NCBI RefSeq assembly: GCF_046119375.1
Contig: NW_027362765.1
Location: forward strand, 471,262,001-471,326,000
Length of the DNA: 64,000 nucleotides
Direction: 5' to 3'
Origin: Phyllobates terribilis
Lineage: Eukaryota
In this document: piece after piece, positions 1-11,980 of the stretch
How positions within the stretch are numbered: position 1 is the first letter of the stretch
Layout of the letters: each line of letters starts with the position of its first letter
Notes under the pieces: generated by a model
What the model was told of the DNA's origin: nothing
Databases searched by the model: none
Seen by the model: the letters and a program-made list of their open reading frames with translations, nothing else
Translations under genes and position numbers: made by a program

Positions 1-399
1 GCTGACAGAATCACTGTAAATTCCCTATAAAAAATGTTTTTCCTGTACAGTGTCTTTAGCTGTATCAGTATTGTATTGTATTATCTGAGCTGTTACTAAG
101 CGTGAACTCTTGTATATTGCATGATTAGCTGCTTTCTAGAAATGTTATATACACATGCTAAGGTGCTCTTTAACCTTAGCTAATAACATACATTGATGAA
201 CCACACAAGAGAACTAGCGTATACAGGTGATAATAGAGGGCTTGGGGGTAATAGAGGTCAGAGGAAATGCTTGTTAAATCAATAGGGTAAGGAGGTATTG
301 TGCAACTCATGGATGGAAAATGGACTTGAAATAATATTAATGGTTAGATGGTTATAATATAATGGAGAAGATGAAAGAAATAATCAGAATAGCAAATCA

Positions 400-1250
400 C
401 CGTTAAAAAATACCTTTCACCCTTAACCGTTTCTTTTGTATGTAAAAAAGTAATTAAAATAGTAAAAACAAAAAAACAATGCAGGAATTGCTGTTTTTTT
501 GTTCATCTGTGTCTCCAAAATGGAACAAAAAGAAAATAAATTGCAAGTACCCCAAAATGTAATCTTCTTTTATAAAACTTGAGCTTTGTTGATGGAACAA
601 TTAAAAAAAAAAAAGTCACGGCTTTCAGAATATGGCAACAAAGACTTTATTTTTCTAAATGGGTAATATTTGTACAAAGGTAACAAAACACTACAAAATC
701 GATACAATTTTGATATTGCTGTAATTGTTCTGACCAGTAAAAAAAAAGTAAATATGTCAAAAATAGAGTTGGGCAGATCAGTTTATGGGACTCTGGTCCA
801 TCGGCCACAGGCGGCTTATGAATCTCTTATCTGCTGGGATCGCTGGTGTAGCTTTTGATTAGCCAGGCTGGCACAATGTCATCTGTGCATGCTTCATGCC
901 GCAAAGATGACGTCGCACCAGCCCGTTCCAGGGATCCCAGATGGTAAGATTTGTGAGCCTCCAATCTAGAAGCCAGAGGCTACTGACCTAGCTGTTGGAC
1001 TGGAGTCTCGTGAATTGATCCGTCCTACTTTTGTCACTAATATGGCATGGGAAGAAAAATCTGAAAAGGAAACTGCAGAATTGCTGCTTTTTTCACCCTT
1101 CCCCTCTTACATGCCCCCAAAATAATTCAGGTTTCTCAACGCAATATATGCATCCCTAGATGGAACATAAAAAAAATTGCACTGCAAAAACAAGCTCTAT
1201 ACTTCTTGGAACAAAGTAACTATAAAAAAAAGTGCTTTTTTCTCAAGGCC
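400..1250. mobile_element. Degenerate fragments of a non-autonomous DNA transposon (piggyBac-like MITE)
   Basis: Patchy similarity to the reverse complement of the TTAA-flanked element at 22026-23264 (e.g. aaaaaacaatgcaggaattgc, gcaaaaacaagctct); no clear termini. Confidence 0.3.
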
Positions 1251-1771
1251 ATAACTGTGTCACACAAACAACTGCCACGGTATACATATATACAATTATC
1301 TGGCACTGGGTTTTTGAAAACCTCCAGCAACAGCGCCCTCTTGTGACAGTGAACAATAGTTCAATATAAAACAAACCGTATACAGCAATCAAACTCTTTG
1401 GGTCAAACTCTGGGGAATCAGTTAGTCTTTCCAATCTCAGTTTAGGATGGAGGCTATATAATGGTGCATATACAGATTTTTTGTCAAATTAACAGGTCAC
1501 AAAAACTGGACAATATGTTCAAATCTACTATGTAGATAAATCATCATTCATCAGAATTCCCTTCATTCATAGTATAAAATAAATATTTTGTTAAGAATTA
1601 AAAATAACAGCTTTTAAGAGTTTTTAATATTTTTTTATAGAGATTGGTGGAGGTAAGGATCCCGAGACCTCCGTTGATCTCCCAAAAGAGAGAGCTCGCA
1701 CCTAAAGGAGTAAGGAATCATCCGAAAGCATATGACTCTCTCTACTGAATCTGTACTCTATTCTGTTTGTG

Positions 1772-2690
1772 CACTCTTTTTAACATATTTATTAATGACC
1801 TTGTAGGGGGCATATAGAGTAATATTTCAATATTTGCAGATGACACTAAACTCTGCAGGGTAATCAATACAGAGGAGGACAATTTTATATTACAGGAGGA
1901 TCTATGTAAACTAGAAGCTTGGGCTGATAAATGGCAAATGAGCTTTAATAGGGATAAATGTAAGGTAATGCACTTGGGCAGAGGAAATAAAATGTATAAT
2001 TATATGCTTAATTGTAAAACACTGGGCAAAACTGTAACTGAAAAGACCTGGGTGTATTGGTGGACGACAAGCTCACATTTAGTGGCCAGTGTCAGGCAGC
2101 TGCTGCAAAGGCAAATAAAATAATGGGATGCATTAAAAAAGGCATAGATGCTCATGAGGAGAACATAATTTTACCTCATTAGTGCGACCACACTTAGAAT
2201 ACTGTGTACAGTTCTGGTCTCCGGTGTATAAGAAAGACATAGCTGAACTAGAGCGGGTGCAGAGAAGAGCGACCAAGGTTATTAGAGGACTGGGGGGTCT
2301 GCAATACCAAGACAGGTTATTACATTTGGGGTTATTTACTGTGGAAAAAAGAAGGCTTAGAGGTGATCTTATTACTATGTACAAGTATATGAGGGGACAG
2401 TACAAAAACCTTTCTACTGATCTTTTTACTCTGAGGCCTGAGACGGGGACAAGGGGGCATCTTCTACATCTGGAGGAAAGAAGGTTTAATCATAATCACA
2501 GACGGGGATTCTTTACTGTAAGAGCAGTGAGACTATGGAGCTCTCTGCCGCATGATGTTGTAATGAGTGATTCACTGTTAAAATTTAAGAAGGGCATGGA
2601 TGCCTTTCTTGAAAAGTATAATATTACAGGTTATATATACTAGATTCCTTTATAGGGCGTTGATCCAGGGAACTAGTCTGATTGTCGTAT
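1772..2690 (+). mobile_element. CR1-clade LINE, 5'-truncated, frameshifted 3' part of ORF2 plus start of 3'UTR
   Basis: Translates to LFNIFINDL, IFADDTKL (RT YxDD-like), WQMSFNRDKC, RPHLEYCVQFWSP, LERVQRRATK, RRLRGDLI across frameshifts; stop at 2643; UTR begins ttgatccaggga. Confidence 0.93.
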
Positions 2691-4093
2691 GGTGACACAT
2701 TTTGTGTTGGAACCCAAGAGCTTTACGTCCTCGCAGCGTGAACTCACTCAAAATTGCACAAATATTGCTTGTGTGTTTCTTACCAGAACTAGTATAAACT
2801 GTAGTGACTGCATTTAGCCATTGAAGTCTATGACTAAAGCAGACACACAGAACCAATGAATGGAGGAAGCAAAATCCCAGTTTTCTTAATTCCCATAAAT
2901 GTGAAGGATGGGAATACCACTTTAAAAGAAATTATTATTTGCAAGATTTCTAATTGCAAGTAACGCCCTCAACACTACAAGGCGTCATTTTTTGCAATCT
3001 GATGTGGAACTTGCTCTCTGTTTATTCAGATCTACTAAATTTATAATCATTTTTATCATGGTCTACAGCTATAAGGAAGCTTGTTTTGAGAAAAAACATT
3101 GGCAGTACATTGTTTTGTTGTGAAAATGAGAAAGAAGAAAAGCTGTGAAATAAATATTCTGTAGATATAAAAATGACATTAAAAATGAGAAATGACAAAT
3201 TGATGTTGGCATTCATCCTCAAGAGAACCCAGACTGGTTTGGGATGTGGGCAGGTTGCCAGATTCTTTGCACAGATGAGACAAGCTGTATATGAGAAAGT
3301 TTTCAGTCAATCTCGTGAGAAATATTTGAAGACTTGGCGGACTTTGCAAAGAAACTTTTTTTTATCTTAAGAAAAATGCGGAACGTATTTGTATGCAAGG
3401 ATTCGACAGCTGGGCTATCTGAAGGAAATAACTGTAGTAAGCATTCATGTTGTTTACTATTTGATCTAATACAGGCATGTCCAAAGTCCGGCCCGCGGGC
3501 CATTTGCGGCCCGCGGTCCGGACTAATAAGGCCCCCAGGTATCCAGCAGCATGTACCTTGCGGCCGCTGCCGCTCTCGTCGCCACCGCCGCTCTCGTCGC
3601 CACCGCCGCTCAGTACTCCGGCGCAGGGAGAAGAGCCGAAATCTCGGACATCGCGAGATTTCGGCTTTCCTTCTCCCTGCGCCGGAGTACTGAGCGGCGG
3701 CAACCGGCCAGCCAAGATCTCGCGACGTGCGAGATCTCCAGCCCCCAGGGGTTGTAAGACGTTCAGAGGTCAGATAGGCTGAAGACCTCAGCTTAGTTGT
3801 GTAAAATTATATAAATAATATATATATTAAGTTATATATAAGTCCCTGCGCCACCTTACACCTCCAGAAAGGTTAGGCCAGCAGGGCTCTCACACAAGCT
3901 TGTGGTAGCAAGCTGTCATACCCTTCATTAACCCCTGACTGCCTGTCACTGTGCTATAATTCCATTATCTGATGTGCGACTGTTGCACAGCTTGCTATTC
4001 TCTGCCTGTGTTATAAAGCATATAGCAGTATCTTATTTTTGCTGTTCCACCCTCTGCGCCTTTTAATCTCTCCCCTTCTGGCCAATTTTTATA

Positions 4094-5914
4094 ATGGCAA
4101 CTACAAATAAGAAACGAAAAGTTGACAGTGAGGGCCGCCGCTTCCAGGACAAGTGGAAAGTAGAATATTTTTTCACTGAAATAAAGAATCACTGTGTTTG
4201 TCTGATATGCCAAGAGACCGTTGCTGTTTATAAAGAATTTAATGTCAAGCGACACTATCAGACGAGACATAGCACATACGACAAGCTAACAGGGCACGAC
4301 CGAAGTGAAAAGTATAAGCAACTTGAAGCTGTTTTATTGTCACAACAGCGATTTTTTACAAGAGCCCGTGAGTCAAATGAAAATGCCACAAAGGCGAGCT
4401 ATGAGGTGGCAGCGTTAATTGCTAAAAATTGCAAATCTTTTGCAGAGGGTGACTTTATCAAAGAATGTGTTATGAAAATGGTAGAGAATGTCTGTCCCGA
4501 GAAGAAGCAAGAGTTTTCCAACATTTGCCTGGCTCGTAACACTGTAGCACGGAGAATTGAAGAAATTTCATCGGATATTAAGAGACAGTTAATGTCAAAA
4601 GGAGCTGATTTTGACTTCTTTTCAATAGCCTGTGATGAAAGCACGGACCTATCTGACACGGCTCAGTTGCTGATTTTTTTAAGAGGGGTGGACGATGAAA
4701 TGAATGTGACTGAAGAGCTACTTGACCTCCAGAGCCTCAAGGATCAAACAAGAGGGAAAGATTTATTTGATTCTGTTAGTTCTGCCATAGATGACATGAA
4801 ACTGCCTTGGAACAAAGTTACTGGGATTATTACTGATGGGGCACCTGCCATGACTGGTGAACGAAGTGGATTATCAACCCTAATCTGTAACAAGGTGAGC
4901 GAAGAAGGAGGCAAAGCTATTAAACTTCATTGCATCATTCATCAACAAGTTCTCTGTGCTAAACATCTCCAATATGATCATGTTATGAAACCGGTACTAA
5001 AGACCATTAATTTTATCCGCTCTAAAGCCCTGTGCCACCGCCAGTTTAAACAGTTTCTACTGGATATCCAGGCTGAATATGAAGATGTTTCATATCATAA
5101 CGATGTAAGATGGCTCAGTCGGGGGTCTGCACTGCAACGTTTCTACTCTCTCAGAAAGGAAATAGGAGAATTCTTGGAAACAAAGGGACAAACGATGCGA
5201 GAACTATCTGATCCAATTTGGCTGGCTGATTTGGGGTTTCTAGTCGACCTAACAAAGCATCTGAATGTACTGAACATGAATCTTCAGGGCAAAGATGCAG
5301 CGGTGAACCAACTTTATTCACACCTCAAAGCCTTTGGAACAAAGCTGCAACTTTTCCTAAGGCAGTTGTCACAAACACCGCCCAATACCATCCATTTTTC
5401 AGCGCTACAGGAAATAATTAACAGTTTTCCACAGGATGATATCCATGCGCAAATAAGCAGGTATGCAGCAGACATCACATCTCTGGCTGGGGAGTTTCAA
5501 CGGCGCTTTCAAGATTTTGCAGCTATTGAAAAGGAGATCAGCATTTTCTCCTCTCCATTCTCTGTTGACCCCGACAATGCTCCTGATCAGTTGCAGCTCG
5601 AGCTCATTGAGCTACATTGTGACAGCGAGTTACGCAGTCGTCATCAACAGCTCTCTCTTGTTAACTTTTACCGCCAACTGGATAAGAGCCGGTTTCAAGA
5701 GATTCGAACATTGGCTAAGAAAACCCTGAGCTTGTTTGGCTCAACATATTTGTGTGAGAAGACATTCTCTGTTATGAACTTTAACAAGAACCGCGTGAGG
5801 ACAAGACTAAGTGACTCTCACCTGCGTGACATTTTGCGCATCAAAACCACGGCCATTGAACCAGACCTAGTCTATGTGCTGCAGTCCAGATCCCAGTTTC
5901 ACCCTTCACATTAG
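4094..5914 (+). CDS. Intact hAT transposase, 606 aa (SPIN/Buster/GTF2IRD2-like)
   Basis: Uninterrupted ORF with KKRK NLS, CLIC..RHYQTRH zinc finger, catalytic D (IACDESTD), D (IITDGAPAM), CIIH, VRWLS and E (STYLCEKTFS), and C-terminal RTRLSD dimerisation region. Confidence 0.95.
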   Translation: MATTNKKRKVDSEGRRFQDKWKVEYFFTEIKNHCVCLICQETVAVYKEFNVKRHYQTRHSTYDKLTGHDRSEKYKQLEAVLLSQQRFFTRARESNENATKASYEVAALIAKNCKSFAEGDFIKECVMKMVENVCPEKKQEFSNICLARNTVARRIEEISSDIKRQLMSKGADFDFFSIACDESTDLSDTAQLLIFLRGVDDEMNVTEELLDLQSLKDQTRGKDLFDSVSSAIDDMKLPWNKVTGIITDGAPAMTGERSGLSTLICNKVSEEGGKAIKLHCIIHQQVLCAKHLQYDHVMKPVLKTINFIRSKALCHRQFKQFLLDIQAEYEDVSYHNDVRWLSRGSALQRFYSLRKEIGEFLETKGQTMRELSDPIWLADLGFLVDLTKHLNVLNMNLQGKDAAVNQLYSHLKAFGTKLQLFLRQLSQTPPNTIHFSALQEIINSFPQDDIHAQISRYAADITSLAGEFQRRFQDFAAIEKEISIFSSPFSVDPDNAPDQLQLELIELHCDSELRSRHQQLSLVNFYRQLDKSRFQEIRTLAKKTLSLFGSTYLCEKTFSVMNFNKNRVRTRLSDSHLRDILRIKTTAIEPDLVYVLQSRSQFHPSH

Positions 5915-6136
5915 TGCAGGCTAGTTTCTTTTTTTTAATTGAGATTAATATGTTGTAAAATCTCAATTAATGTCAGTTGGATAGACAGTTATATATTTGA
6001 ACACATGTATACTTGCTGTTATGTTCCTGTTCACATTTTTTGAACTTATAAGTTGACAGACAACCTTACATTACTTTGTGTAATGTACTTTAAAATGTTC
6101 CTGAGATATCTCAGTTTCCTGTTTTTATTATATTAA

Positions 6137-6541
6137 AGGGGTTGTCCAAGTTCAGAACCCAGACATACCCCCTTTTTCACCCAGGCAGCCCCCCTGCCAT
6201 GGGCATCAAAGCATCTCATGCTCCGATGTGCTCCCTTGCCCTGTGCTATTTACAATGACACACTGCCGGTAGGAGGCTTCACCGGCTCTAATGTGCAGGC
6301 TTTAGCGCTGCTCTAGCTGGTTTACTGGTGATAAAGCCCGCCCATCAGTGCCGGTGACGTCACTGGGCTTTCTGCCAGCCCCGTGGAGAGCCGGGTATGT
6401 CACTAGAACTCCAGAAAATGCCTTTCCTCTGCGCAATTTAGTGCAGGGCAAAAGTAGGACATTGGAGCATAAACTGCTTCGATGCTCAAGTCGGGGAGGG
6501 GCTTCCTGGGTGAGAATGGGGGTATGTCTGGGTTAACCCCT
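6137..6541. mobile_element. T2/Kolobok-type MITE nested in the hAT 3' subterminal region
   Basis: TTAA at 6133-6136 and 6542-6545; termini AGGGGTT.../...AACCCCT; internally palindromic. Confidence 0.85.
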
Positions 6542-7000
6542 TTAAGGCAGATTGATTAAACACCTGTTTAGATTTGTCATCCAAGTCACAAAATAAAAAG
6601 TATGCCGTTTTCAATAAACTTTGCAAAAAAAGTTTATTTGCATTCATTTTAATGGTCCAAAGAATGTCAAGCAAAATGATCGGCCCTCGCACATGTTCAC
6701 TTCATCAAATTTGGCACTCTTAGAAAAAAGTTTGGACACCCCTGATCTAATATGATCTAAGATTTTATAAACTGTGCCTTTAGTTCAGGAACTTCTCTAT
6801 ATTGGGTCCAGGGGTTGCAGTAGTACCCAGGAGGTTAAGGGAACTCAATAAGTCTTTTTGGCCCAGGAGAAGACCAATACTATTAAAGAGCTGTGATAGT
6901 TGGGGGTCCTGTTGAAGATTTTGATTTTGGGCCTACAAGCTTCATGTTTTGTTACTGTTCTAGTTGGTGGCACTCAGCCATAATATACAATATCTATACA

Positions 7001-7750
7001 TTGAAGGACTTATTACGTAGTGTCAAGATGGAAAACTTAAACATGGGACTGCTACTAAACGCAAAGAAGACAAAGATATTGACTACTGGCAGGTACGACC
7101 GGCACACACTTGAGATGGATGGCGGTGAACTGTGAGTTGTAAAGGACTTTAGCCTACTTGGATCGATGATAGCTCAAGATGCAGCGAAGACACCGGAAGT
7201 CAATAGGCGAATAGCTATGGGCAAATCAACAATGACGTCATTGGACAAGGTCTTCAAATCGAGGAACATTTCACTGGCGATGAAGACCCGGCTCGTACAT
7301 AGTTTGGTGTTTTCTTTGGCAACATATGGATGCAAAACCTGGATGATAAAGAAACAAGACAGAAGAAGAATCTACACCTTCCGAATGTGGTGCTGGAGGA
7401 GGATGCTACCAATACCATGGATGGTAAGAAGAACAAACATATTAATTTTGGAACAAATCAAGCCAGACATATCATCGCAAGGAGCACCAAGCTACGAGTT
7501 GCCTACTTTGGACACATCATACAAAGAGAGCAATCACTGGAGAAGGATATCATGGTCGGAAGAATAGAAGGAACAAGGTGAAGAGGAAGATCAACAAATC
7601 AATGGCATAATGCTATCAAGATAATGGTGGAGAAGACCCCAGGGGACCTATCTAGGCTTGCATAAGATCGATCTTCTTACAGAGTGTTCATCCATCAAGT
7701 AGCCATGGCTCGAGATCAAGCCGAAGGCCATTAAATAATAATAAATAATA
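7001..7750 (+). mobile_element. RTE-clade (BovB-like) LINE 3' fragment, degraded
   Basis: Translates to GLLLNAKKTKIL, EVNRRIAMGK, LATYGCKTW, MWCWRRML, YFGHIIQRE..SLEKDIMVGRIEG with stops and frameshifts; ends in a (TAA/ATA)-rich tail. Confidence 0.88.
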
Positions 7751-7879
7751 AAAATATTACATTGTACTATATGTATATATTGCAGTGCAGTCACAGGGTT
7801 GTTCATCTTGCATACGAAATACAAAAAATGTCTCATTCCCTACTGCAGGACACATGATAAAGCCCCTTTTGTACATATT

Positions 7880-8152
7880 GCAGCTCCCTAGATGGTAGCA
7901 GTACCATAATTTACTGCATTGGGCCGGGGGTGGGGTTACAGCCGCCGCTCTGTATACTCAGAGCGGTGACTGAGAGCATGCTGGCACCGCCTCCGTGACT
8001 TAAACCGGAATGTTGCGGGGGAGAATAAACTTAATTTTCTCCCCGCAGCGTTCGGTTAAGTGCAGGCCCCAGGCAGGTTAATAACACTATTAATCTGCAG
8101 ATTAACCCCATATCTGAAGGTTAATAGCATTTTTTCTGGTGACAGGTTCCCT
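7880..8152. mobile_element. T2/Kolobok MITE, right-end fragment
   Basis: Ends GGTGACAGGTTCCCT followed by TTAA (8153-8156); left end not found. Confidence 0.6.
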
Positions 8153-8541
8153 TTAAACCGTTACACAGATGAGGCCACGGGTAGAGAGGTTATTATGTGG
8201 ACAAAACGCATCCAGTATTTAGACTGACCTTTTAATAGCAGGGCATGCCAATGTGTGTCTTGCGATAAGGAATAAAGCATTTATTATGCAGGGACACAGC
8301 AGGGACTAGCCCATCATTGAAATGAGAGTCACTGATGACGCTTCGTCTCTGGGAGGGGACAGAGGCTGTGACAGTGACCTCAGTCTCTGCCCCCCCCCCC
8401 AATGATGCTTCGTTTGAGTATCTCAGAATGCACTGGGATACTCAAAGAAAGCATCATCACACAAGGAAGTAAGGAAAAAATACAATAGCTGTTAGTGCAG
8501 TTAGGGGACAGTAGGGAATTTTTAATGCAAGCATATTAGAA

Positions 8542-9411
8542 ACTAGATGGGGGCCCAATTCTAACGCATCGGGTATTCTAGAATATGTATGCGGCCGACC
8601 GGGCGCAACTAATCAGCGAAGCAGTGTTTAAATGGGTTGTGCACTACTTTAAATTAACCCCCAAATGTATCCCCCCGGGGCCCCTCCCGACGGCAAGTGT
8701 GAAGGGAGGACCGGGGAGTGAGGCCGCCGGTCGGGGTACTTCTGCTGCGAGCAGCCGGGAGATGACCGGCTAGCATCGGTCATCTCCCGGCTGCATCGCC
8801 GCTGATCTCCCGACGGTGGCCTGCGTGTTTCAAATCTGGCGCCAATTCGCGCCAGTCGCTGATTGGAAGCGGTGTTTTAAATTTGGCGCCAATATCGCTG
8901 ATTGGTCGTGGCCGGGGGGCCGCGGCCAATCAGCAGAGCGGTGTTTAAATTTGGCGCCAATATCGCTGATTGGTCGTGGTCGGCGGCCGCGACCATTCAG
9001 CGAACTGTGTTAGTGAGGAACGGGGAGCGGCGCTGCCTGTGCGGGTAGTTCCGCTGCAAGTAGCCAGGAGATGACCGGCTAACGCCGGTCATCTCCCGGC
9101 TGCATCGCCGCTAACCTCCATGCGGCTACCGTCGGGAGATCAGCGGCTAGGGCCGCTGATCTCCCGACGGCAAGTGTGAAGGGGGGACCGGGGAGTGGCG
9201 TCGCCTAGGCTGCCGGTCGGGGTACTTCTGCTGCTAGTGCTGGTCCTCTCCCGGCAGCATCGCCGCTGACCTCCGTGCGACAGATGAGCCGCTAACGGCC
9301 GCCATCTGTTTCTGAAATCCCGCGTTGCTGATTGGCCGCGGCCGGACCAATCAGCGACGTGGGATTTCCTGGACGGACAGACAGACGGGATAAGCCGATT
9401 ATATATAAGAT
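8542..9411 (+). mobile_element. Non-autonomous Helitron/Helentron-like element
   Basis: Starts ACTAGATGG..CCC..GCATCGGG; ends (GACA)n microsatellite then GATTATATATAAGAT; no TSD; GC-rich internal modules repeated in both orientations. Matches the general DINE-1/Lep1-type layout. Confidence 0.5.
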
Positions 9412-9594
9412 ATTAGTTAAGATTATGCCACTAAATAGATGGGGATTTAGATTAAAATGTATTTGACCTTCAGAGCACCCCTTTAATATAGAATGCCTAT
9501 ATAATTTCAGAGGAATGTCGCAGTGACGGAGAAGAGCCGGTTTACAGTAGATCAAATGTGAGATCTGTGATCTTACGTATCACTAGTTGCACTT

Positions 9595-10080
9595 TTTCCC
9601 AAAAAGGAGTGAGACGCCTTCAGGACCAAAAAATATGTGACAGATCACATTCCTCCTCCCCACATCTCCAACACATGGGAATGGCTTCTGGGAAGATAGA
9701 ATGTAAACGAGTTAGGACTCTATACCACCGAGAGCAGTTTACAGTCGGCCTCGTAAAAGCAAGAGCAAAATGGATGATTTATGCGCTAAAGTGAAGACAT
9801 GCCTCCATTGTTCCCCCAATTGCCCTCCCTTTGGGTTTGAAAATAGGTGGCAGGTTGATCTGGAGGATCATTAAGCAAGGAGTACGAGAAGGATAGAGTA
9901 TGTCTTAGAGGATCCGTACCCGAATACGCCACTTCGAAAGTCGTCTTGTCATTATAAAAAGGTGTGGGAGGGAGAGAATTAAAAAAGTGGGAAAGCTGAC
10001 AGACTCTCCAGGTTCCCAAGGGAGATGGAGTAGAGATGTCGAGAAGGTGTTCCCTTATGTCCAGCTCCAAAATGAGACAC
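9595..10080 (-). mobile_element. L1-clade LINE ORF2 C-terminal fragment
   Basis: Minus strand gives QLSHFFNSL and RWYRVLTRLHSIFP..MCWRCGEEECDLSHIFWS (CCHC-type zinc knuckle of L1 ORF2), with a frameshift and a stop. Confidence 0.8.
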
Positions 10081-10085
10081 TCTAA

Positions 10086-10278
10086 GGTCACGTTTACACG
10101 TTCAGTATTTGGTCAGTATTTTCCATCAGTATTTGTAGCCAAAACCAGAAGTGGGTGAAAAATACAGAAGTGGTGACGTGTTTCTATTATACTTTTCCTC
10201 TGATTGTTCCACTCGTGATTTTGGCTTACAAATACTGATGTAAAATACTGACCGAATACTGAAAGTGTGACCGTGGCC
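10086..10278. mobile_element. PIF/Harbinger-type MITE
   Basis: Imperfect palindrome GGTCACGTTTACAC...GTGTGACCGTGGCC; TAA on left flank only. Confidence 0.65.
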
Positions 10279-11980
10279 ACACAAGCTTATAACAAAGCTG
10301 AGTGCAATGTTTTATTGCATAGCTCTCTCACCAATGTTATACTATGGGGCAGCTCAGATCTGCGAATATTTTCTCATGCTGATTCGGCATGCTGCGAGTG
10401 GCTGTGAGACTCAGCTCACACGCACCCATACAAGTCTATCGGACTGCACTCAGATGTCATCCGAATGCACACCGACATCCGTGGACACAGAGAATGGAGA
10501 AGATGGAGAAATTATTTTCTCCGTCTTCTCCGCACCTTTGCTGCAAAGATGCCATGTGAGAACATATCCTAACCACTGAAGACTCCAATTTTACACATTG
10601 TAAACAATGACGACATTAGACAGGTAATGACTTTATTGGGAACGTTGTCACATTGTGGTCTGCGGGCTGGCAGAGATCTGCAGATATATGGCAGATCGAT
10701 AAAAAGGGTGCAGCTAACCAAAACGCAATGATCACGTTTTGTCACTTTTCCAAAAAGAATCATTTTATTTCTGCTAGGAGTTTGTTTTCCGGGAAGAGAT
10801 GATACAATTTATTACAAATATCTCTTTAATGTTTACGTTTTAAAGTTATATTGAAGAAAACATTGATTTCAAGCAAAATTCCCATGTGCATCTGCAGCTC
10901 CTGACCGTCTGTATTGTATTGGTAGATCCCTGCCAGCTCACAGAATAGTCACATTCATTTAATCTAAAGAAAAGGATAAAATAATGTATCATCCATCATT
11001 TTATTTCACAGATTTATTGGTGGGGCTCTTTTTATTATGTTGGGTATTCTTCAATACCCACATGCAAGAAAAGTGAGAAAAATATTGTTCAATTCAACCT
11101 CCTTAGATAAAAGTCTTGACATATTTCCAAGAAAAGATAAATAAGTGTCAGAACTACTGAATTACATTGTGCATTAGGTTAGTAGCCGACATTCACCTTG
11201 TAATAATCAACAGCAATTTACAGTTTGAGCGCACAAACATACAAATAGATGTCATACACTTGACGCAATCAGTACCCTTATTATAAAGAGAATAATCAAT
11301 GTCACCATACAATGTACATAGATTATGCCCCACGCTGTTCACATTAGTGCCACTATAATGTCCGCATAAATTACACTGACAAACTGTACAAATAAATAAT
11401 TCTGCTATGCTGTACACAAATAATTCCGCCTAATGACGGCAAAGTACCGCCGATGACAGCTCTATTAAAATTACCTTAAAGTGACATCATAGCCAGCCGA
11501 CCGCCATCCAAACACAATTGTGACAACTAAATATAATGAGAAAATATATATTTTGCTATTCAATGCGACCAATTAGTTGGCTTTCAGAGGGAAAAACCTA
11601 GTACCACCCGTTGGAGATGGCTAATCTATAAGTCAAAGTCCAACCTTTTACACATAACACCCCTACTGTTCAGCCATCTTCAGCTGTCGCGGCCGGATGT
11701 AAGAAGTAAGTAGAGATGCAGTAGTACAGCTTTGTACACTATGTAGTGGCCATTCCCAGGTACGGAGGCTAAGCCCCTATGTATCTGAATAGGAGCTAAG
11801 CTGCCGCACCTGAAAATTGCCCCTACACAGTAAATGGAGATTTGCTGTTCTGGCTCCATTCAATGTTAACAATCAACTGCTACAAGACATGAAACCAGCT
11901 CATTGTAACTGTGACAGGTGTCAGACACCACTCATAGGCTATTGAGGTCCTATCGCACAGATAGGACCTCAGTATCTTAA

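Larger units (their letters stand above)
3472..6744 (+). mobile_element. Full-length hAT DNA transposon (Buster/SPIN/Charlie group)
   Basis: TIRs CAGGCATGTCCAAA (3472) and TTTGGACACCCCTG (ends 6744), 12/14 match; perfect 8-bp TSD ATCTAATA at 3464-3471 and 6745-6752; internal transposase ORF. Confidence 0.96.

Noticed and set aside
1690-1730. Hammerhead-like stretch CTAAAGGA..TCCGAAAGC
   Set aside because: The CUGANGA core is not matched and there is no stem I or NUH triplet; at best a decayed relic.
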